In this document: positions 57,250 to 64,000 of the stretch, piece by piece
Layout of the letters: the number at the start of each line of letters is the position of its first letter
Position numbering within the stretch: position 1 is the stretch's first letter
NCBI GenBank assembly: GCA_008501825.1
Contig: QQUA01000026.1
Coordinates: 7,824-71,823 of the forward strand
Reading direction: 5' to 3'
DNA length: 64,000 nucleotides
Source of the DNA: Planctomycetota bacterium
GTDB lineage: Bacteria; Planctomycetota; UBA1135
Made by a program: the position numbers and the translations under genes
The notes under the pieces: generated by a model
The model's input: the letters and a program-made list of their open reading frames with translations, nothing else
Told to the model about the DNA's origin: nothing
Database searches by the model: none

Positions 57250-60162
57250 ATGAACAAGATCCTTCTTGTGGGAATGGCCATTGGGCTGCTCCATTCGGCG
57301 GACCTACAGGCCCAAGAGCCGGTGACTCCCGAACCGGTCCAAGATGCTTTAGAAGCATGGCAACAAGAGACCGGCCGGCAATGGATCCTCCGAATGCACC
57401 CCGGAACAGGAACCGGCCAGTTTCTGTACGGAGCCAGCAAGGAAATGGATTCCTTGCCTCAGGACGACGAGGACTGGTTCGATCTCGCTCGAACCGCTCT
57501 TCAAGAAACCCGGGACATGTTTCTGCTGGATGATTCCACCCTGGTGGAAGACCGGGTGAAGTTCTTGGACCTTTCCCGAATCGGAACCACCGACAAAGTC
57601 TCGGTCCAATTCCGTCAAGCGGTTAACGGGATTGACGTGGTCAACGGCAGCGCCTCCGTTTTGTTCGGTACCCAAGGGGAGTTGCTGGCGGTCGATACCA
57701 CCGGACTTCCTCAGTTGGGCGGCTTTAACACCCAGCCGCAAATCGGAGCCTTCGCCGCCGTCGCCCAGGCTCATCGCGCTTACTTCAAGATCGAAGGTCT
57801 CGAAGCGACCGAGATCCATGATCCGGAGTTGGTGATCTACCCCACCCCTACCGGCAAAAGCCTTGAACCTCGCCTGGCTTGGTCGGTGGAAATGCACACC
57901 CCGCTCGAAGGCGAACTTCCTGCCGGAAGACAGCTCTACGTGGCCGCCGACGGCAGTGGCGAACTGCTTGGCAGCGACAACTTGGTTCATACCTACGCTC
58001 AAGACTTGCAAGGCAAAGTGGAGTCTTGGACCACCCCGGGAGTGTTGCCGGACACTGCAGGCAATCCCGAAACCTTGCATGACATGCCGTTCATTCAGGT
58101 CACCAGTCCTGTCGGCAACGCCATCGCCGATGCCAACGGCAACTTCGTCATTCCCTACGCCGGCAGCAATCCGGTGGACGTCACCGTGACTTACTACGGA
58201 GATTGGGTCAACGTCAATCATGACACCGGCACGGATTACAGCCTGACCCAAAGCTTTACGCCGGGCGTCCCGGGGACCTTGACCATGAACCCCGGTACCA
58301 CCCAGCAAATTACCGCTCAGGCCAATGCCTACGATTCGGTGAACGATTTCCATGCTTGGATCAAAGAAATCGATCCGACCGACAACAACATGGATTTCCG
58401 GGTGGTCGCCAACGTCAACCTGAACGCCACTTGTAACGCCTACTTCAACGGCTCCTCGATCAACCACTATTTGGCCGGCGGTGGCTGCGTCAATACCAGT
58501 TACAGCACGGTGGTCGCCCACGAAGAAGGTCACTGGGCCAACGTCATCTACGGTTCTGGAAACGGCAGCGACGGTTTCGGTGAAGGGGCCGCCGACGTCT
58601 GGGCCATGTACATCTACGACACCCCCATCGTTGGAGAGGATTTCTCCGGTGGCGGTTTCATTCGTACCGGCAACAACACCCGCCAATTCTGCGGCGACGG
58701 CAACGGCGGTTGCTACGGACAAGTCCACGCCGACGGCGAAGTGCTGATGGGCGCCTTGTGGAAAGTCCGCCGCAACCTCAACACAAGTTTGGGCAACAGC
58801 GCCGGCGATTTGGTGGCCGACACTTTGATGCTGGCTTGGTTCAACACCTACAACGACGGGCAAATCCGGACCATCATCGAAGAGCACTGGTTGTCGTTGG
58901 ACGACAACGACGGCGACATCTTCAACGGCACGCCGAACTACGCCGACATCGACGACGGTTTCCGCGAGCAAGGCTTCCCCGGAATCGACCTGCAGCTCAT
59001 TGAAATCGTCCACACGCCGCTGGGGAACACCCAGAATGAAACCGGACCGTACGCGGTCGATGCCACCATACAATCCTTACTTGGCGGTTCCATTACCGCG
59101 GCTCGGTTGAAGTACACGGTAAACGGTGGCGCTGAAATTACCGTGCCGATGACGAATACCGGCGGCAACAACTACAGCGCCGACATTCCCGGGCAGATTT
59201 CGGTGGCTTTCGTCGACTACTACCTTGAAGCCGACGACAGCCTCGGCAACACCGAAAGGGATCCGCGCCAAGGCGCCAATAGCTTCGTCGTCGGAGTCTG
59301 GGAAACCTACTACTTCAACGACTTCGAAGGCGCCACCGATGAAGGTTGGACTCACGCTCAGCTTGCCACCCAAGACGATTGGCAGCGGGGAACGCCTACG
59401 GGTTTGAGCACCGACCCGGTCGGAGCCCACTCCGGCACCAAGTGCTGGGCCAACGACTTGGGCCAGTCCGGCTGGAACGGGGAATACCAACCCGACGTTC
59501 ACAACTACCTGTTGTCCCCTGGAATCGACTTGACCGGAAAGACTGATGTTCGGCTGCGCTTCTGGCGCCATTTGGGAGTGGAAAAACGCAACTCCACCAC
59601 CAGCCCCTACGATGAGGCCATTCTCAAGGTCAATGGCAATGAAGTCTGGATCAACCCGCTGAGCAGCGACGTCATCGACAACGCTTGGACTCTGGTCGAT
59701 TACGACATCAGCCAATGGGCGGATAACAATCCGAACACCATCCTGCGCTTCGTGCTGAAGAGCGATCCCGGCGTCCAGTTCGGTGGTTGGACCATCGACG
59801 ATTTGGAAATCTACGCGGTCAAACCGGTAAACAACGTCGACAGCATCGCCTTGACCGGGGACAGCAGCGGCGTGGTCGGCGGAACGGTGAGTTACGACAT
59901 CGCCGCAGCCCCGGCCAATTCGCCCTACTGGATCTACTACTCGCTGAACCAGAACGGTACTGTGATCAACGGTCAAGCTTTTGACATCGGCACCCCCTTC
60001 TTCACCGCAACGACGGGGACCACCGACGTCAATGGCAATGCTTCCTGGACCAGCGGCGCCATTCCGCCGAAGGGCGGCGGCAAGACGGTTTACGTCGAAG
60101 CCCGGGCGGATTCCGCCGGACAGACTTACGACTCCAACGTCGTGGTCCTGCAAATCCAGTAA
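57250..60162 (+). CDS. secreted thermolysin-like (M4-like gluzincin) metalloprotease with Ig-like, jelly-roll (MAM/LamG-like) and shared C-terminal domains
   Basis: Signal peptide MNKILLVGMAIGLLHSADLQAQ. The N-terminal region resembles an FTP/PepSY-type propeptide. Zinc site VVAHEEGHW (HExxH) with downstream GFGEGAADV (gluzincin third-ligand Glu). Then the cassette shared with the next gene. Confidence 0.7.
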   Translation: MNKILLVGMAIGLLHSADLQAQEPVTPEPVQDALEAWQQETGRQWILRMHPGTGTGQFLYGASKEMDSLPQDDEDWFDLARTALQETRDMFLLDDSTLVEDRVKFLDLSRIGTTDKVSVQFRQAVNGIDVVNGSASVLFGTQGELLAVDTTGLPQLGGFNTQPQIGAFAAVAQAHRAYFKIEGLEATEIHDPELVIYPTPTGKSLEPRLAWSVEMHTPLEGELPAGRQLYVAADGSGELLGSDNLVHTYAQDLQGKVESWTTPGVLPDTAGNPETLHDMPFIQVTSPVGNAIADANGNFVIPYAGSNPVDVTVTYYGDWVNVNHDTGTDYSLTQSFTPGVPGTLTMNPGTTQQITAQANAYDSVNDFHAWIKEIDPTDNNMDFRVVANVNLNATCNAYFNGSSINHYLAGGGCVNTSYSTVVAHEEGHWANVIYGSGNGSDGFGEGAADVWAMYIYDTPIVGEDFSGGGFIRTGNNTRQFCGDGNGGCYGQVHADGEVLMGALWKVRRNLNTSLGNSAGDLVADTLMLAWFNTYNDGQIRTIIEEHWLSLDDNDGDIFNGTPNYADIDDGFREQGFPGIDLQLIEIVHTPLGNTQNETGPYAVDATIQSLLGGSITAARLKYTVNGGAEITVPMTNTGGNNYSADIPGQISVAFVDYYLEADDSLGNTERDPRQGANSFVVGVWETYYFNDFEGATDEGWTHAQLATQDDWQRGTPTGLSTDPVGAHSGTKCWANDLGQSGWNGEYQPDVHNYLLSPGIDLTGKTDVRLRFWRHLGVEKRNSTTSPYDEAILKVNGNEVWINPLSSDVIDNAWTLVDYDISQWADNNPNTILRFVLKSDPGVQFGGWTIDDLEIYAVKPVNNVDSIALTGDSSGVVGGTVSYDIAAAPANSPYWIYYSLNQNGTVINGQAFDIGTPFFTATTGTTDVNGNASWTSGAIPPKGGGKTVYVEARADSAGQTYDSNVVVLQIQ
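59908..60162 (+). repeat. DNA-level repeat, copy 1 (3' end of the M4-like gene)
   Basis: Collinear with 62468..62722, roughly three-quarters identical by eye. Identical runs include acggtttacgtcgaagcccg (20 nt), tactactcgctgaacc and tacgactccaacgt. Confidence 0.7.
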
Positions 60163-60178
60163 GCCGATCTCAGCTTTT

Positions 60179-60207
60179 GCGGAGGTGGGTGCTCCACCCG
60201 CCTCCGC
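60179..60207 (+). terminator. strong intergenic hairpin (possible terminator/attenuator) between the two protease genes
   Basis: gcggaggtgggtg-ctc-cacccgcctccgc, a 13-bp stem with one G-U pair. Only a weak U-tract (ttgg) follows. Confidence 0.4.
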
Positions 60208-60253
60208 TTGGTCCCCATCTCCTCCCCCCCACTCGAACCACCCTTCACCCGTG

Positions 60254-62722
60254 ATGCTCTCTCTCCTCCTCGCTTTCCTGCAAGCACCCGGCTTTGATGG
60301 AACGCCGCAGGTTCCTGCATCGCTGTCGGTGTACGCCTACGAACAGGAAATCGGTCTCCGCGATCAACTGATCGCCAAAGGCCGCATGTACGACGACATC
60401 GGAGCCTTCATCCTCGGCGAAAGTGATCCCGAGCTTGCCGAACGGTTTCAAGTAAAACGATTTGAACTACCGGCCTTGGCCGAAAATGAAAGTTTGGTGG
60501 TGGTCATCCGCCACGATCATCATGGCTTGGCCGAACCGGACGGCCGCTTGTTGTGGAGTTCACCGGATAAACGGGCTACCATCCGAGCGCTCAACGTCCA
60601 GGAACTCAAAAAGGGATTGAACGCCGGTTATCGCTGTCACGGCGCCTTCCGCCTGGTCCAATTGAACCGCCCGATTCAACCGGTGAAACCGAGCGGTTTA
60701 TTGCAACGATCGATCACCCCCAATCCCACCATCCAAGCCTGGGTCGCTCAAGTGAGCCAGCAGAACTTGGAAGACGGGGTGGACACACTGGTGGCTTTCA
60801 ACACTCGAGAGCACTACACCCAAGGAGAGGTCAACGCCCAGAATTGGATTCGAGATGAAATGAATGCCATGGGCTTGAACACCAGTCTTTTTAACTACGA
60901 CAGCGGCGCCGACGTGGTGATCGGCGAATTGCCCGGTCAAGGAGATCCTTCCAAGATCGTCATCATCGGCGGACACTACGACTCCATCAATTATTCCGGC
61001 TCCAGTGCTCCGGGAGCGGACGACGATGCGTCCGGCGTTTCGGCGGTTCTGGAAATCGCCCGCATTCTCAGCTCGGAAGACTTCAACTACACCATTCGCT
61101 TCTGCGGTTGGTCCGGAGAGGAATACGGACTGCTCGGCTCCGACGCTTATGCCGGCCACCTGGCCAGCATCAACGCCGAGGTGGTCGGCATGGTGCAGTT
61201 GGACATGATCGCCTACCGCGCCAACGGCGATTCCCGCAGCGTCGATTTCGTCACCAACGATACCGACCCGGCGCTGAATCAGTTCTCCATGGATGCCTAC
61301 GCGGCTTACGTTCCCGGCCTTCAGGTCAAGAGCGGTTCCCTGTCCGGAGGCACCAGCGACCATCGTCCCTTCCACCAGCGTGGTTTCCCGGCTTGCTTCC
61401 CGTTCGAAGACGTCGGTCAATACAGCCCCTACATCCACAGCGCCAGTGACATCGTCGGGGTTTCCGCCAATGACTTCGTGTTGGCCACCCAAATCACCCA
61501 AGGCGCCTTGGCCACGATTGCGGAACTGGCCCGGCCCCTGAGCATGCAACTCAGCCACACCGCCCTGGACGACACCCAGGATGAAGTCGGGCCCTACACC
61601 GCTTTGCTTACCGCCACGCCTCTGAACAACGAAACCATCAGCGGAGTGGATTTGCTCTACCGCGTCGACGGCGGCAACTTCCAAACCGTGGCCATGAGCC
61701 CGACCGGAATGCCGGATGAATGGGGCGGCGACATTCCGGGACAAGTTTCCCCGGCGGTGGTCGAGTACTACCTCATCGCCTCGGACACCGGTGGCAATCA
61801 AGCCTGGTTGCCGGACGGCTTTACTCCCGGCCAAACCTTTTTCCGCTTTAACGTCGGCTTGAAACAAACCGTCTTCTTCGACGATTTCGAAACCGACAAA
61901 GGTTGGACTCACGCCCAAGTCCAAACTCAGGACGACTGGCAGCGCGGCATTCCCAACGGGGCCAGCGGCACTTCCTCCGGAGTCTCATGGTCGGATCCCG
62001 GAAGCGCTTACTCCGGCCAACGGGTGTGGGGCAACGACCTGGCGCCCAGCGGTTACAACGGCTCCTACCAACCCAACGTCCACAACTGGTTGGAATCTCC
62101 GCCTCTGGATTGCAGTCAATCCAGCGATACCCGCCTGCGCTTCCAGCGCTGGTTGACGATTGAAGATGGCCAATACGATCAAGCTGAGATCAAGATCAAC
62201 GGCAATCTGGTTTGGTCCAATCCCACCGGCACCCACACCTTGGATACGTCCTGGCAAGACGTCGATCTGGACATCTCCCAGTACGCCGACGGCAACGGCG
62301 CGGTCAAGGTCCGGTTCATCTTGAAGAGCGACGGTGGATTGGAACTCGGAGGTTGGAACATTGACGACGTCGAGGTGTACAGCCTGTCCGGTTCCGGCGG
62401 CGGCATGACTTTGGCAGGTAGCACCAACGGCGCCGTCGGCCTGCCGGTCAGCTACACCATCAGCAACGCCCCGGCCAACGCGCCTTACTGGATTTACTAC
62501 TCGCTGAACCTGAACGGCACCGTGATCAACGGCACCAACTTCGAAATCGGCGATCCCTACTTCACCGCCACCACCGGCACCACCGACGGTAGCGGAAGCG
62601 CCTCCTGGACCAGCGCCGGTCTGCCGCCGAAGGCTGCTGGACGCACGGTTTACGTCGAAGCCCGAGCCGATGAGGCCGGCCAAAGCTACGACTCCAACGT
62701 GGTGACCCTGGTGGTCCAATAG
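60254..62722 (+). CDS. secreted M28-family aminopeptidase with Ig-like, jelly-roll and shared C-terminal domains
   Basis: M28 motifs IIGGHYDSINYSGSSAPGADDDASGVSAVLEIARIL, FCGWSGEEYGLLGSDAY, SDHRPF. ATG at 60254 (GTG at 60251) lies after the upstream stop. The 59981 ORF start is a GC-driven extension. Confidence 0.85.
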   Translation: MLSLLLAFLQAPGFDGTPQVPASLSVYAYEQEIGLRDQLIAKGRMYDDIGAFILGESDPELAERFQVKRFELPALAENESLVVVIRHDHHGLAEPDGRLLWSSPDKRATIRALNVQELKKGLNAGYRCHGAFRLVQLNRPIQPVKPSGLLQRSITPNPTIQAWVAQVSQQNLEDGVDTLVAFNTREHYTQGEVNAQNWIRDEMNAMGLNTSLFNYDSGADVVIGELPGQGDPSKIVIIGGHYDSINYSGSSAPGADDDASGVSAVLEIARILSSEDFNYTIRFCGWSGEEYGLLGSDAYAGHLASINAEVVGMVQLDMIAYRANGDSRSVDFVTNDTDPALNQFSMDAYAAYVPGLQVKSGSLSGGTSDHRPFHQRGFPACFPFEDVGQYSPYIHSASDIVGVSANDFVLATQITQGALATIAELARPLSMQLSHTALDDTQDEVGPYTALLTATPLNNETISGVDLLYRVDGGNFQTVAMSPTGMPDEWGGDIPGQVSPAVVEYYLIASDTGGNQAWLPDGFTPGQTFFRFNVGLKQTVFFDDFETDKGWTHAQVQTQDDWQRGIPNGASGTSSGVSWSDPGSAYSGQRVWGNDLAPSGYNGSYQPNVHNWLESPPLDCSQSSDTRLRFQRWLTIEDGQYDQAEIKINGNLVWSNPTGTHTLDTSWQDVDLDISQYADGNGAVKVRFILKSDGGLELGGWNIDDVEVYSLSGSGGGMTLAGSTNGAVGLPVSYTISNAPANAPYWIYYSLNLNGTVINGTNFEIGDPYFTATTGTTDGSGSASWTSAGLPPKAAGRTVYVEARADEAGQSYDSNVVTLVVQ
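62468..62722 (+). repeat. DNA-level repeat, copy 2 (3' end of the M28 gene)
   Basis: See copy 1. Same length and same offset from the stop codon. Confidence 0.7.
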
Positions 62723-62751
62723 GGACCCGGAGAATCCCCGTCCTACCTCCC

Positions 62752-62788
62752 AGCCGGGCCCTTCAAAAGCAGGGCCCGGCTTCATTTA
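62752..62788 (+). terminator. probable terminator after the M28 gene
   Basis: Perfect 11-bp stem agccgggccct / agggcccggct (62752-62762 / 62771-62781) followed by tcattta. Confidence 0.5.
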
Positions 62789-62911
62789 CAGGCCCAGGGG
62801 CCGATATTGGCTTCAAGATTGCCCTCAAGTCCCCCCCTTGCCTGTTTATATTGAATTCTCAAGTCCCCTAGCGTCCTACCGTTCCCTAGTTCCTCCACCC
62901 CCCCGAACTCC

Positions 62912-64000
62912 ATGAAACGAAGCCTCCTCGCGCTCAGTCTGTTGCTTCTAGCCGCCCCATTGACGGCCCAGGGCAATGGGGTCAGCCTGCTGTCCAAGGT
63001 CAAAAAGGCCAATACCTTCTACAACGACATCTGGGGCTACACAGCTCCAAACGGCGACGAATACGCCCTGGTCGGGACCTCGTCCGGCACCCTGTTCTAC
63101 AACTGCACCGATCCCGCCAATCCGGTGGAAGTCGGTTTTATTTCCGGCCCGAATTCCATTTGGCGGGACATGAAAACCTACGGTCACTACGCCTACATCG
63201 TGACGGAGGGCGGCGGCGGAGTGCAGATCGTCGATTTGTCCAATCCGGACAATCCCCAGTTGGTGAAAACCCACGGCGATAACTGGTGGGGCAATGCCCA
63301 CAACATCGCCATGGACGAAGCGACGGGTTTGGCTTACGTCTGCGGGACCAACAACGGCATGCGAGTTTTGGATTGCGCCAGCAATCCGACCAGCCCGCCG
63401 TTGGTCGCCACTTACAACCAAGACTACGTCCACGATTTACACGTCCAGGACGGGCAAGCTCACCTGGCGGAAATTTATGACGGCCGTTATCGCCTGGTCA
63501 ACGTCAACAGTTTGCCGGGTTTCCCGACCAAGGATTCCATCAACACGCCGGGTTGGTTCACCCACAACACTTGGGCCAATGAAACCAATACTCTTTGCGT
63601 AACCACGGACGAATCCAGCGGCGGTCACATCGCCCTTTACAATATTTCCAATCCGAACAACATCTACAAGACCGATGAGTTCACGGTCAACGCCAACTCC
63701 ATCGTTCACAACGCCTACATTCGCGACGGCCGGGCTTATATGTCCTGGTACACCGAAGGCTTCGTCTGCGTCGACATCAGCGACCCGAACAACATGTCCC
63801 TGATCGGCCAGTACGACACCAGCTCCTACAGTGCCGGCGGCGGCTACCACGGCGCCTGGGGCTGCTACCCCTTCTCTCCCTCGGGAGTGGTGTACATCTC
63901 CGACATGGAAGAAGGTTTCCACGTGTTGCAGGTCGAAGAAAAGGTCATTGACTTGGCCCACGATCAGCGCATCGGCAATACCGAAGACGAAAACGGTCCC
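62912..64000 (+). CDS. choice-of-anchor B (LVIVD-repeat) family secreted protein, 5' part (runs off the right edge)
   Basis: Own translation from the ATG at 62912: MKRSLLALSLLLLAAPLTAQGNGVSLLSKVKKANTFYNDIWGYTAPNGDEYALVGTSSGTLFYNCTDPANPVEVGF...GHYAYIVTEGGGGVQIVDLSNPDNPQLV...AYMSWYTEGFVCVDISDPNNM...GFHVLQV. The frame is open to the window end. Not in the ORF track because no stop is reached. Confidence 0.7.
   Translation, partial: MKRSLLALSLLLLAAPLTAQGNGVSLLSKVKKANTFYNDIWGYTAPNGDEYALVGTSSGTLFYNCTDPANPVEVGFISGPNSIWRDMKTYGHYAYIVTEGGGGVQIVDLSNPDNPQLVKTHGDNWWGNAHNIAMDEATGLAYVCGTNNGMRVLDCASNPTSPPLVATYNQDYVHDLHVQDGQAHLAEIYDGRYRLVNVNSLPGFPTKDSINTPGWFTHNTWANETNTLCVTTDESSGGHIALYNISNPNNIYKTDEFTVNANSIVHNAYIRDGRAYMSWYTEGFVCVDISDPNNMSLIGQYDTSSYSAGGGYHGAWGCYPFSPSGVVYISDMEEGFHVLQVEEKVIDLAHDQRIGNTEDENGP

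Noticed and set aside
59981-60253. 5' extensions of track ORFs that overlap upstream genes or precede signal peptides. Examples: 59981 for the M28 gene, 24272 for addA, 27955 for the NPP gene, 19336 for BCCP, 44292 for ALDH, 8852 for the sigma, 30828 for the second sigma, 431 for the first gene.
   Set aside because: In each case an internal ATG or GTG sits at or just after the upstream stop, often with a 4-nt overlap, or directly precedes a signal peptide or the conserved N-terminus. The extensions encode Arg/Pro-rich nonsense.

Overview
GC-rich (about 55-62% by eye) bacterial chromosomal segment, densely coding on both strands. I saw no rRNA, tRNA, CRISPR array, transposase, integrase or phage genes. 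The gene content suggests a Planctomycetota/PVC-like or similar lineage, but this is inference only. That content includes three eukaryotic-type Ser/Thr kinases with WD40, TPR and HEAT sensor regions, two ECF sigma factors (one TIGR02999/ECF43-like), a CHRD protein, a DUF1579-like protein, a choice-of-anchor-B protein and many signal-peptide proteins. Recognisable housekeeping genes are listed here. Carboxylation: biotin carboxylase (accC), with a carboxyltransferase and BCCP pair 12 kb away. Amino-acid and cofactor metabolism: AsnA, PanB, a Cys/Met PLP enzyme and a fused homocysteine-S-methyltransferase/MTHFR. DNA repair: an AddB/AddA-type helicase-nuclease pair. Other enzymes: aldo/keto reductase, aldehyde dehydrogenase, TreT-like glycosyltransferase, Nudix and NPP-type phosphodiesterase. 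Transport: a sodium:solute symporter. One clear cis-regulatory RNA is present, a SAM-I (S-box) riboswitch at about 53784-53890 in front of the fused met gene. Several intrinsic terminator hairpins are visible. The most interesting signals are: (1) a ~100-aa beta-rich C-terminal module ending at the extreme C-terminus of at least six otherwise unrelated secreted proteins, which is a candidate uncharacterised sorting or attachment domain. (2) A secreted-protease cluster (M4-like, M28, choice-of-anchor B) that shares shuffled domain cassettes and has DNA-level similarity at the gene 3' ends. (3) An ECF-sigma / CHRD / TPR-kinase cassette bracketed by two small secreted paralogs, plus two more kinase modules (LamG protein-WD40 kinase-ECF sigma, and HEAT kinase translationally coupled to a solute-binding lipoprotein). 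I found nothing resembling a known phage-defence, CRISPR or mobile system. All family calls rest on motif recognition by eye and need HMM or BLAST confirmation.
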